Shown here one piece after another: positions 31,147 through 40,012 of a stretch of DNA of 64,000 bases. The stretch lies in IMG/VR virus record IMGVR_UViG_3300042556_001053, positions 32,001-96,000 of that record, one strand, 5' to 3'. Every line of letters starts with the position of its first letter. Positions within the stretch are counted from its first letter, which is position 1. The notes under the pieces were generated by a model, which did not search any database, was not told where the DNA came from, and saw only the letters and a program-made list of their open reading frames with translations. The translations under genes and the position numbers were made by a program. The stretch comes from a virus.

Positions 31147-31821
31147 TTACGGCTTTCTGTCTCCAGTATGTTCCGTAATTTCCCAAAAAAATGGACATGT
31201 AAATCTAAGCCCACTTTTTATTTCTGTGACCCCATGTATATAGTTCATATCTCCAGGGAAAAAATATGCTGCTCCTTTTTTAGGTTTAAATTGAACTCCT
31301 TGATTTGGAAAGTATAGCTCTCCGCCTTCGTAGTCTTCATTTAAATAAAACAAACTGGAAAGATCATAGTTTGGAAAATCATTTGGCAGTCCTGCGTCTG
31401 GCCCGTCGTGCAGTTCTTTATCAGCGTGTGGTTTTTGGAATTGTCCTGGAAGCCACTTGACAATTGTTGTTCCTGTAGGAATTACTTTTACTTTATAAAA
31501 TTCTTCTACTATTGGTTGCAATCTTTGAAATAGGCCAGCAATGACTGGAGATATCTTTGGATCGTTTTTGTCTAAACTTGGCTGTGTTGCAACTCTATCT
31601 TTCCAATAATCTGAATCGTATACTACTGTACCGTTTTCATTTACATGGCTTTCTGTTACATCCCAAATTGTTAAAGATTTTGCAGCCTTTTCTAAAAACT
31701 CTATTTCTTCTTGTGTCATAAAGTTTTCTAGCTCAACAATCATTTCTTTGCCACTACCAAACCAGCCAGAAGGTGTTATTGATGGCTTTCTAACCACAAC
31801 AGAAGCTTTTATATTATCCAT
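31147..31821 (-). CDS. 2OG-Fe(II) oxygenase, P4H-like
   Basis: HAD...YLNEDYEGGE...HGV...R; leaderless promoter. Confidence 0.85.
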   Translation of the reverse strand: MDNIKASVVVRKPSITPSGWFGSGKEMIVELENFMTQEEIEFLEKAAKSLTIWDVTESHVNENGTVVYDSDYWKDRVATQPSLDKNDPKISPVIAGLFQRLQPIVEEFYKVKVIPTGTTIVKWLPGQFQKPHADKELHDGPDAGLPNDFPNYDLSSLFYLNEDYEGGELYFPNQGVQFKPKKGAAYFFPGDMNYIHGVTEIKSGLRFTCPFFWEITEHTGDRKP

Positions 31822-31823
31822 AA

Positions 31824-32552
31824 TTAGATTATACCATTTCCTTTGCTTGCTGTATTGTCCGTAACAGAAAGACGGATAACCTTTGTTTCGTGAGAGCCTT
31901 TACTTTCACCCTTTTCATTAATTGCATCTCTATACCAATCGGTCCATTCACCAGATTGATTAATTTTTTGTGCAGCTTCTCCATATGACTGATGAGCTTT
32001 TTCTCTACTACGATCTGGATCTGAATAATCAAATATTTGAATTGATGTATTGTCCATTGCTGTCAAAGAGATTGGTACTATAGTTGCAAGAGGTGTACCT
32101 GCTTTTATAGTAATTTCTTTATTCGCAGATCTTGCTTTAATTGCTAATGGGAAACCAGTATCTAGCCAAGATGTACTGATTAAAGAAGACATGGTTTCAA
32201 AGTCTTCACTAAAATAGTTTACTGGGTTAATAGTGAACATGCTTACGTTTTGTTCAGATCTAAAGGTGAGCCCTGTATGTATACTTACTGTAGATTGTCC
32301 CCTGCCAGTATAAGTAAACCCTTCTCCCTCTATAACTTTAACATTTTCTGAACTTGTATCGTTTATTCCATTCCATATAAACTTGATATCCTCTTTAGCT
32401 GAAAGATTCCACCCAACCATGTTTGCTTGGGTTACTGGAAAACATCTGTATGCATGCTTTTCTGGAGTAAGATCCATCCAGTCTCTTTTTATTGACATTG
32501 GAGAAATTATAATTTTTGAATCTGGAAATCTTTCAACAGAGATATTTAACAT
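31824..32552 (-). CDS. DUF6065-like protein
   Basis: RDWMD..PEKHAYRCFPVTQANMVGW signature; IKAGTPL C-terminal motif. Confidence 0.65.
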   Translation of the reverse strand: MLNISVERFPDSKIIISPMSIKRDWMDLTPEKHAYRCFPVTQANMVGWNLSAKEDIKFIWNGINDTSSENVKVIEGEGFTYTGRGQSTVSIHTGLTFRSEQNVSMFTINPVNYFSEDFETMSSLISTSWLDTGFPLAIKARSANKEITIKAGTPLATIVPISLTAMDNTSIQIFDYSDPDRSREKAHQSYGEAAQKINQSGEWTDWYRDAINEKGESKGSHETKVIRLSVTDNTASKGNGII

Positions 32553-33229
32553 TACATTTTATCCTGAGTAAACATATCTGGAGTATGGAACTTTTTGTTA
32601 TAATCCAACATAGTAACAATAGAGTATTTTGTTCCAGATTCTACTGGCATAGCTTGATGAGGATACATGTAGTTTGATGGGAAGATATACAGATCTCCAG
32701 CCTTTGGCTTAATCTTTAAATCTTGCAATCTAAAGTACAACTCGCCACCTTCATAGTCATCATTGATGTATGCAACAAGAGAGACTGTACAATTATAAGA
32801 ATACCCATGGTCATGGTGCTCCATAAAGTGTTGTCCTGGACCATACTTTATAAAGTTAAAGGCTTCCCAATATTTAAGATCCATAATGTTGTAATCTTTT
32901 CTGTAATCTTCAACTGCCTGGAACTGAGCATCATATACATCTTGCCAAAGAGATTGTAGCTTTAAAGATGTTTCGCTTTTATCTAGCTCTATATCTGTTT
33001 TCTTAAACTTAAAATCAACACAGTCTCTGTAGTCTGGAATAAGTTGCTGGTACCCAACGTATGCTGGCATCCAGTGGTATCTGTTACCTTCTGGAGATAA
33101 TTCTCCGTATCCAGCTACTGACCCTAAATTTTCTTCAAGTCTTTCTATTACATTGAAGTCTTTTTTTATTACATCTCTGTAACATACAATTCCATTACCA
33201 AGATTTATTTTTTCTGTCCATGTTTGCAT
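32552..33229 (-). CDS. 2OG-Fe(II) oxygenase, P4H-like
   Basis: HHD...YINDDYEGGE...FPSNYMYPH...K. Confidence 0.87.
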   Translation of the reverse strand: MQTWTEKINLGNGIVCYRDVIKKDFNVIERLEENLGSVAGYGELSPEGNRYHWMPAYVGYQQLIPDYRDCVDFKFKKTDIELDKSETSLKLQSLWQDVYDAQFQAVEDYRKDYNIMDLKYWEAFNFIKYGPGQHFMEHHDHGYSYNCTVSLVAYINDDYEGGELYFRLQDLKIKPKAGDLYIFPSNYMYPHQAMPVESGTKYSIVTMLDYNKKFHTPDMFTQDKM

Positions 33230-33238
33230 AGTTTCCCC

Positions 33239-34015
33239 CTATTTATATTCTCTTCTTGTCCAAACCTTATTTTTATAAACGCCACCATCTGGTTGTCTAT
33301 AAAAATTTGCATTACTCATCATTTTAGCATAAATTTCTGTTGAGCCTATAAAGTTTATTTCATGACTCCAGTCTTCTCTTTTAAAAGGCAGTATCTGTAC
33401 ATATGGTGTTCCTGCTGGAAGCGTTCCTTCCCAACCTTCTGTAATAAAAAATGGAAAAGTACCTAGAAGATGAACACTATCATTGTCAACAACTCCAGTG
33501 GTATTTATAAATGGCAAATCAAAACGATTCATTGGGGTCATGAATAATGCACTGTATCCTTCTGGCAATTCTAGGCCCCAGTCTGGGTACCAGGCAAAAT
33601 GCTCTCTATAATATCCTTTTGGTTGCTCAAATTGTGGCATTGCCATTCTTTTGCTGCAAAAATCTTGATGTCGTGTATCTTCTATTTTTACATCTATAGA
33701 ACCGCTTGCTGTTTTAAAAAAAGTAATATCACAAGGAGTTTTTAATACATATCCTGTTGTAAATGCATCCATGATTGCTGGACATGCTTTCCATGTAGGA
33801 ATCTTTCCATAGTCATCTTTTGTTCCTTCTTTAGGAAATGGACAAATCTGCGGTGTGGCTTTGTAGTATTCACCAATAGGATCTTTGGCAAACCTATCTG
33901 CATCTTTGTACCATTGTGGAATTACTGCTTGTGTTGGTGATGGAACAGAGGGACTATCCTTTGTAACCCATGGCCTATAAGCTGTAAACTTTGCAATATT
34001 TTCTTTTAATGTCAT
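33239..34015 (-). CDS. DUF6065-related protein
   Basis: IPQWYK, TWKACPAIMDAFTTGY, TTGVVDND and PAGTPYVQILPFKREDW motifs. Confidence 0.55.
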   Translation of the reverse strand: MTLKENIAKFTAYRPWVTKDSPSVPSPTQAVIPQWYKDADRFAKDPIGEYYKATPQICPFPKEGTKDDYGKIPTWKACPAIMDAFTTGYVLKTPCDITFFKTASGSIDVKIEDTRHQDFCSKRMAMPQFEQPKGYYREHFAWYPDWGLELPEGYSALFMTPMNRFDLPFINTTGVVDNDSVHLLGTFPFFITEGWEGTLPAGTPYVQILPFKREDWSHEINFIGSTEIYAKMMSNANFYRQPDGGVYKNKVWTRREYK

Positions 34016-34728
34016 TACTTATGACCTAGCTCATTTATATCTGTCATGACTACGACACAATACTTTGTACCGCTCTTCATTGGCAGAGATGCATGCTCAT
34101 ATATGTAGTTTGATGGAAACACTGCAATGTCTCCTACCTTTGGAGTAAGAGTGTAGCCATCTAATCTTGGAAATTGAATCTCTCCGCCTTCATAATCATC
34201 GTTAATATAGATAACTGCAGATACTGTAGCATTATATGCTGGTCCGTGATCAGCATGAATATTAAAGTGTTTTCCTTCGCCTTCATATTTGACAAAGTTG
34301 AATGCTTCATAATAAACAACATTAATTCCCCAGTATCTTGCATAATCATCTATACAAAGCTTTAGCTTTTCGTATATCTCCTGATGTAAATCAATGAGCT
34401 CACTATTGAAAGGATCTCTTGGTCCCAAATTTTCCTGCTTGTATTTAAAGTCAACGCAATCTCTTGCTCGTTTAATTGGTGTAGCAGAGTTTGTAACTGT
34501 TGCTTCAGACCATCTAAACTTTTTTGTTCCGTCTAAGTTAGATTCAAGTGTGTTTATATATCTTTTTGAATCTTCTAAAGAAAACACATTTCTATATATG
34601 TTCAAACCAAGACCTGGGTTCTCTATTACAATATTGTGCTCAGGTATAGCCCTATCAACCTTGTTTGTTATTGTCTCTGATCTGTCCTTGGTAAACCATG
34701 GGTTTTCATTTTCATCATAAATTTCCAT
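34015..34728 (-). CDS. 2OG-Fe(II) oxygenase, P4H-like
   Basis: HAD...YINDDYEGGE...FPSNYIYEH...K; paralogue of 32552..33229. Confidence 0.87.
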   Translation of the reverse strand: MEIYDENENPWFTKDRSETITNKVDRAIPEHNIVIENPGLGLNIYRNVFSLEDSKRYINTLESNLDGTKKFRWSEATVTNSATPIKRARDCVDFKYKQENLGPRDPFNSELIDLHQEIYEKLKLCIDDYARYWGINVVYYEAFNFVKYEGEGKHFNIHADHGPAYNATVSAVIYINDDYEGGEIQFPRLDGYTLTPKVGDIAVFPSNYIYEHASLPMKSGTKYCVVVMTDINELGHK

Positions 34729-34883
34729 ATATATCCCCTTTTTATTTTATTATACACTATCTTTATTTTTTTGTAAAACAATTTAAATATTATTGCAAAC
34801 CTTTTGCAACATATAAGATCTAGCACTCATAAAAACACAAAAGGCCAAACAATGTTGGCCAATTGTATTACTGCTTTTTTATT

Positions 34884-35960
34884 TTATACTACACCTGGTA
34901 GTGTGAAGTATGGGAAGAACGGTCCAACTCCAAACCCTGGGAAGAACGGTGGGAAGAATGGGAAGAACGGGAAGAATGGGAAGAACGGTGGGAAGAACGG
35001 GAAGAATGGGAAGAACGGGAAGAACGGTGGGAAGAATGGGAAGAACGGGAAGAATGGGAAGAACGGTGGGAAGAATGGGAAGAACGGGAAGAATGGGAAG
35101 AACGGTGGGAAGAACGGGAAGAATGGGAAGAACGGGAAGAAAGGTGGGAAGAATGGAGGGAAGAATGGGAAGAAAGGAGGGAAGAATGGAGGGAAGAACG
35201 GTGGGAAGAATGGGAAGAACGGTGGGAAAAATGGCGGGAAGAATGGAGGAAAGAATGGGAAGAACGGAGGAAAGAACGGTGGGAAAAATGGAGGGAAGAA
35301 AGGAAAGAATGGAAAGAATGGTGGAAAGAATGGTCCTAATGTAACAACAACAGAGTTAGAGTTTGAAGATACTGGAGATGATCCATTTGCATTTGTTGCA
35401 ATAACTGTATATGTATATGTTCCTGCTGTTGTTTCTGTAATAGTAAGTGGGGTTCCTGTGCCAGTTGCTGTTTTTCCAGAAGTAGAAGTGACTGTATAGT
35501 TTGGAGTAGTTAAAGCTGAGTTTCCAATTTGTGCAGATGTAAGGTTTGTAAAAGGAATAGTTACAATTCCAGTTGTTCCATTAACTGATGCTGTTCCAAT
35601 TGTTACCTGAGCTGGCTTAGATGTTGGGACTACAGCATTACTTGCTGAAGAAGCTGCAGAAACTCCGATTGCATTTGTTGCGGTAACGGTAAAAGTATAA
35701 TTTGCTGGAGTTCCACTTGTTGACAAACCTGTTATAACTATTGGAGAAGATGATCCAGTTCCTGTATGTCCACCAGATGAGGTTACTGTATATCCTGTAA
35801 TAGGCATCTTGCCATTATAAGAAGGGGCTGAAAAAGATACAGAAACCTGACCGCTATTAAATGTGCGTCCTGATCCTTGGTCTGTAGCTGTGCCAATTAC
35901 TGGTGCGTTTGGAACTGACTTCTTTGATGAATCTGTTGTACCAGTATTTTTTGGGCTCAT
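34884..35960 (-). CDS. Two fibronectin type III-like domains plus a 132-aa Pro/Phe-only C-terminal tract
   Basis: PNAP...VSFSAP..NG..PITGYTVT...YTFTVTATN FN3 pattern twice; TGGTACAAT promoter 7 nt before the ATG. Confidence 0.85.
   Translation of the reverse strand: MSPKNTGTTDSSKKSVPNAPVIGTATDQGSGRTFNSGQVSVSFSAPSYNGKMPITGYTVTSSGGHTGTGSSSPIVITGLSTSGTPANYTFTVTATNAIGVSAASSASNAVVPTSKPAQVTIGTASVNGTTGIVTIPFTNLTSAQIGNSALTTPNYTVTSTSGKTATGTGTPLTITETTAGTYTYTVIATNANGSSPVSSNSNSVVVTLGPFFPPFFPFFPFFPPFFPPFFPPFFPFFPPFFPPFFPPFFPFFPPFFPPFFPPFFPFFPPFFPPFFPFFPFFPFFPPFFPFFPFFPFFPPFFPFFPFFPFFPPFFPFFPFFPFFPPFFPFFPFFPFFPPFFPGFGVGPFFPYFTLPGVV
34938..35333 (-). repeat. Tandem repeat encoding 38 PFF/PPFF units, with 39-nt higher-order units in the distal part
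   Basis: Plus strand shows repeated GGGAAGAAY/GGTGGGAAGAAY units. Confidence 0.95.
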
Positions 35961-36000
35961 AGCAGTAATTGTACCATAAGATTATACAGTTTTTGATATT

Positions 36001-36720
36001 TTATCTAACAGATATATAAATAGATTTAGCAACCATTGAGGCATCATTATCTGTCAATATTTGTGGTAGTCCGCCATAGTTTCTAACCATGTCATTTTCT
36101 ATAAAAAAGGTGTGCTCTAATGACATGTCATATGAAAACTGATACTTTAGGTTTGCAGCAAAGGTAGTAGGCCAAAAGTCAGACTCTGGTATGTAAGTTC
36201 TAAACCAAACTTCAGTGTTGTTGGTAAGGGTAGTCAAAATAATATCATAACGGACTGTTACAATTGAGCCAACCTTTAGTGCTTTAAGGTTTATTTTTTG
36301 TGATTGTGAGTTATATAATGAAACGTTATTTTCTGGTAAATAAAGCTCGTTATTTTTACCCCTACAGTCAAAGCTAAAGCTAACCCAGCCGTCATTTCCT
36401 TTTGTAGCACCAAGAGTAATATTTTTTTGATCTTTGTTTGTATAAAGAGCCCAACCAGTTCTTTGACCTGATGGAGACAAACTGCTTTCTCCTGCTATTC
36501 CATCCCTACCGTTTTTTCCATCTTTACCAGGTTTTCCAGGTTCTCCCTGTGGTCCTTGTTTGCCTTCTGGTCCAGAATCGCCTTTATCACCCTTTGGGCC
36601 CTGTTCTCCTTGTGGTCCAGGAACAGCTATGAAAGAAACTGATTGCTCAAGTTGATAAGAGTTGTTTACATTGTCTGAATATTTTTTAGACTTCCCTGGA
36701 AAATCCATGCTAGTTGACAT
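36001..36720 (-). CDS. Collagen-like (Gly-X-Y) repeat virion protein
   Basis: GPQGEQGPKGDKGDSGPEGKQGPQGEPGKPGKDGKNGRDGIAG followed by a globular domain. Confidence 0.8.
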   Translation of the reverse strand: MSTSMDFPGKSKKYSDNVNNSYQLEQSVSFIAVPGPQGEQGPKGDKGDSGPEGKQGPQGEPGKPGKDGKNGRDGIAGESSLSPSGQRTGWALYTNKDQKNITLGATKGNDGWVSFSFDCRGKNNELYLPENNVSLYNSQSQKINLKALKVGSIVTVRYDIILTTLTNNTEVWFRTYIPESDFWPTTFAANLKYQFSYDMSLEHTFFIENDMVRNYGGLPQILTDNDASMVAKSIYISVR

Positions 36721-36729
36721 GAATTGAAT

Positions 36730-36816
36730 CTATTTCTTTACCTTAAAAACCTTTTTTCCAATTTTAATAACTGGTGGAAGGTTTACTTGAGATACCTCAA
36801 CTTTAATTACAGGCAT
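36730..36816 (-). CDS. 28-aa basic micro-ORF (MPVIKVEVSQVNLPPVIKIGKKVFKVKK)
   Basis: TAATG-coupled to the upstream gene with a GGAGG RBS; fills the gap between genes. Confidence 0.5.
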   Translation of the reverse strand: MPVIKVEVSQVNLPPVIKIGKKVFKVKK

Positions 36817-37217
36817 TATAAACCTCCAGGAGTTATGTCACCTAGAACACAAATTGTTCCAAGTACTGGAGTCCAAACAGTTGGCTCTATATCATCTTCT
36901 CCAGCAGGTATTGTTGCCTGTAGGTCAAATGGAAGTTCAGAAACTATTGATGTATATTTTGTTCCCCAGTTTTTTGTTAAATCTGCTGATGCAAAAATTG
37001 TTGCTGTATGACCAGAAACTGTAACTGTTAACTCATCAAGAAAATCACCAGACACGTCATAGGCCGTTGCTGCAAAGTCCCAATCCTCTATATCCCAGCC
37101 AGTGGCTTCATCATCTTCAAGAAATTGAACTGCTAGGCTTGACGAATCTCCACGAACAACGGTCCACTGGATGTGAGCTGGAGTTGCTCCTAATTTTTCT
37201 ATTGCTGGGGTACACAT
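36816..37217 (-). CDS. Putative baseplate/adaptor-like beta protein
   Basis: Similar to 24147..24560; leaderless promoter. Confidence 0.5.
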   Translation of the reverse strand: MCTPAIEKLGATPAHIQWTVVRGDSSSLAVQFLEDDEATGWDIEDWDFAATAYDVSGDFLDELTVTVSGHTATIFASADLTKNWGTKYTSIVSELPFDLQATIPAGEDDIEPTVWTPVLGTICVLGDITPGGL

Positions 37218-37241
37218 GTAACTGATTATACCATTAAATAA

Positions 37242-37289
37242 AGCTAGTACTCAGACGCAGTGGGGTGGGTTAGAATCTGAGTACTAGCA
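37242..37289. other. 13-bp perfect inverted repeat (hairpin)
   Basis: GCTAGTACTCAGA...TCTGAGTACTAGC. Confidence 0.7.
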
Positions 37290-37537
37290 GGCTTAAAGTA
37301 TAACATTATTTATTTAAGTATATACAATTTGGACATTTCAGACATAAAAATTTTATAAAGCCAGGGTATTTGGAATTGTTACCAAAAAGTTATAATTACT
37401 AATATACCAAATGTCCGAATTATGCCTATTCAATAAATTAATTATGGTGTATACTTAAAATATATAAAGAAAAGAACTATATCTAAACAAGGTTTTTAAA
37501 AGATATATTTTATATAAAGGAAAATAGGAAAATTAGG

Positions 37538-37804
37538 TTAGTTGTCAGTCTTAGCGATATGCTTAATTAATATTCTGTACATCTCATCAAGCTTTGACTC
37601 TTGACGATTTCTAGATTCAATAGAATCCATTCTTTGCTCGTCTAAAGCAGCCTCTAGTCTATTAACCTGGTCTCTTAAGCTTGATCCAGAATTCGGCTTA
37701 AGCTCGCTTAGGTAATGTTTTACAAGCCATCTTACAGCTAAACCAAATGATGAGACAATTGTAAGAATTGCTACAATCAACGAAGCCCAATCTTGAATTG
37801 TCAT
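37538..37804 (-). CDS. Small membrane protein (holin-like, actinophage type)
   Basis: One N-terminal transmembrane helix, then LKPNSGSSLRDQVNRLE coiled coil. Confidence 0.55.
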   Translation of the reverse strand: MTIQDWASLIVAILTIVSSFGLAVRWLVKHYLSELKPNSGSSLRDQVNRLEAALDEQRMDSIESRNRQESKLDEMYRILIKHIAKTDN

Positions 37805-37900
37805 AATAAGATAATTATATCATTATTTAAAATTAAGTTCGGCGGGTGGATATAAAAAATCAAAGTGCTGCCTTTAAGTTTCGCCAGTAAATGAATTGCA

Positions 37901-37936
37901 TTAAAGTCGTCGCCGAAATAGAGATATCAAACCATC
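37901..37936 (+). repeat. Left copy of 36-bp long-range inverted repeat
   Basis: 31/36 identical to the reverse complement of 51837..51872. Confidence 0.8.
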
Positions 37937-37991
37937 ACACAGACAACATAGGATTGACACAATCCAAGCATGTCTGATACAATGGAATTCT

Positions 37992-38597
37992 ATGCATGAT
38001 GAATTAAAAAATACTTTAATAGGTGGTTTGCTAGGAAAGCTGGCAATCCATCATTCGGTATATCGTTTACCGTGTACAAGTGAATATCTAGAAGAACTTG
38101 TATCTGATGTGCTAAACGAAAACGGTATGCCAAATGACTGGAAGCCTGATAGAAGCCATAGCGTCAGCATAGACATGACATTAGAGTCAGGTGAGAGTAT
38201 TAGTGTCAAGTCAGGAAGATATGACCCAGAGAAGGCTACATTGGTTATATCTGGGTCTAGGCTGGGCAAACACGAGACATTAGAGAAGATGGTAGAGTCT
38301 GTTGCTTCTACACATGCTGATTACTATGTGTGTTTAGCCAAAGCAGACCAGGATTGGTCTCATATCCCGTCAAAAAATGAGATCAAGACATATCATTTAT
38401 TTGTCTTTGAAGCATCAAAATTAGATTATGGTTTTGAGCATTGGTCAAGAAAAGAATCTAAGCATGGCAAAGGTTATAAGTACGTAATGGATATACCAGG
38501 TATGTCAGCTACTATACGTCCTACTATGTCTCATCAGTTGTGGACTACGGTATCTTGTGATATCATTGGTATACCAACAAAATTGGAGATACTGTGA
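37992..38597 (+). CDS. PD-(D/E)xK restriction-endonuclease-like protein
   Basis: EYLEE...SIDM...ISVKSG; TTGACA-type promoter upstream. Confidence 0.55.
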   Translation: MHDELKNTLIGGLLGKLAIHHSVYRLPCTSEYLEELVSDVLNENGMPNDWKPDRSHSVSIDMTLESGESISVKSGRYDPEKATLVISGSRLGKHETLEKMVESVASTHADYYVCLAKADQDWSHIPSKNEIKTYHLFVFEASKLDYGFEHWSRKESKHGKGYKYVMDIPGMSATIRPTMSHQLWTTVSCDIIGIPTKLEIL

Positions 38598-38791
38598 GCG
38601 ACGATGTTCGTCCTTGGGATCTGTTTAACGGATCTCCTAGGAGCCCAGAAGAGCTTGCAGCATACCGTCTACAAATTTGTACTGGATGTGAATTCTTTCG
38701 TAAAAGAACACAGACATGCAGAAAGTGTGGATGTTTTATGAAACTTAAGACGACACTGGAACACGCCAAGTGTCCTATACAGAAATGGTGA
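38594..38791 (+). CDS. Small Cys-rich protein (DUF6171-like)
   Basis: RLQICTGC...CRKCGCFM..K....AKCPIQKW. Confidence 0.6.
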   Translation: MSDDVRPWDLFNGSPRSPEELAAYRLQICTGCEFFRKRTQTCRKCGCFMKLKTTLEHAKCPIQKW

Positions 38792-38797
38792 TACAAT

Positions 38798-38983
38798 ATG
38801 AATGATCAAGAAATAGTTGCGTTTATGGTTGATAGTCTCAATGCAGACAATCGTGCTATATGTCAAAACAATGGAATGGATCCAGCAGAGATTGAGAAAT
38901 CAATTGAGCAAAGCCAACAGTCACTCGTCTTCATGATGGGTAACTTATACGTCAAGATGAAGGAGAAAAACCTAATTGCTTAA
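38798..38983 (+). CDS. Hypothetical protein
   Basis: ORF following a TGATACAAT promoter. Confidence 0.5.
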   Translation: MNDQEIVAFMVDSLNADNRAICQNNGMDPAEIEKSIEQSQQSLVFMMGNLYVKMKEKNLIA

Positions 38984-39155
38984 ATATTATTTTACTCCAA
39001 CTGCAGAAGCAATTGCTGAAACTAAGCTAGATATTTCTGGCAATGAGGATACAATTTATTTTGTTGTTCGTGCAGAATCAAGAGAAGAAGCTCAAGAGTT
39101 TGCAATATCTATAATTAATATGAACAACTGGGAGCTAAGTCACTCAGAAGAGTAA
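38976..39155 (+). CDS. Hypothetical 59-aa protein, paralogue of 53038..53244
   Basis: TTG start with AAGGAG RBS; VVRAESREEA...MNNWEL versus IVEADTEDEA...INMWKL. Confidence 0.45.
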   Translation: MLKYYFTPTAEAIAETKLDISGNEDTIYFVVRAESREEAQEFAISIINMNNWELSHSEE

Positions 39156-39312
39156 TCTTCCCAAAACTTGTCTCTGCCCATATTGTCTCTATTAGGCATA
39201 TGGGTAGATTCTTTTTCGGAGCAATTTATGCATACCGTTTCTGAAAAAATTTTTGTTTGCAAGTTGTCATCTTCAAAATTAATAGATGCTTCAAGATTAT
39301 CTAGTATACCCA

Positions 39313-39918
39313 TTATTTCACCTTTTCATAGTAGCGCTCATATAGCTTGTCTATATTTGCTTGAATAGCGTCAATGTCTTCTTTATAGTTATTTAAAAAC
39401 ATTTGTTCTACTTCTTCTTTTTCTTTTGCACTTTCTCTTGGAAAATTGCTTAAATAGGGATTTGCCAACTCTGGCTTTTCACCAATCTTTTCTATAATTT
39501 GTTCAGCAGTTAATATTTGGTTTACGCTGTATTTGTATGTTCTGCCAATAACCTTTATCACTGCATTATGGTCTTTAGTAAACTCATGAAATGGTGCTAT
39601 GAATAGATCTTCGTTATCTAGTAGATATTGTGTATAATCTTTATACCTCTGCAACACAACTTCTGTATCAGCATATAGTCCAGTGTTATGTTTATTCAAA
39701 CCATTTGCAATTGCATAATCCTTATATATTTTTCCAGATACTAGTGATGGCAGAGCATCTCTTAGTGGCACTACAAATGGATAATCTAAGTTTCTGTTTT
39801 CTAGTGCTTCTATTTTATGTGACCATAAAGGTACAGCTTGAATACATAGTGTGTAACCTATTGCCCCAGCTAGAAATGTATTTCCTGATCTCTCTAGTCC
39901 GTCTATGTAGATTTTCAT
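39313..39918 (-). CDS. Sulfotransferase-like protein
   Basis: IDGLERSGNTFL (5'-PSB-like loop) and VPLRDALPSLVS; paralogue of 56568..57218. Confidence 0.6.
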   Translation of the reverse strand: MKIYIDGLERSGNTFLAGAIGYTLCIQAVPLWSHKIEALENRNLDYPFVVPLRDALPSLVSGKIYKDYAIANGLNKHNTGLYADTEVVLQRYKDYTQYLLDNEDLFIAPFHEFTKDHNAVIKVIGRTYKYSVNQILTAEQIIEKIGEKPELANPYLSNFPRESAKEKEEVEQMFLNNYKEDIDAIQANIDKLYERYYEKVK

Positions 39919-40012
39919 ATTATTAGTATACCGCAAAATCTGAAAAAGTTTTTGTTTTCTGATAGGCAAAAAGAATCTTGCGCTTTGCAGATACAGTATA
40001 TTTAGATCAGTA

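Noticed and set aside
34938-35333. Possible CRISPR array or non-coding satellite
   Set aside because: No unique spacers, and variation falls at synonymous codon positions.
34804-35499. Plus-strand ORFs with GKN/GGKN or GRT/GRM repeats
   Set aside because: Antisense shadows of the Pro/Phe codons, with no RBS or domain. The minus-strand ORF has FN3 domains and a promoter and matches the neighbouring gene orientation.
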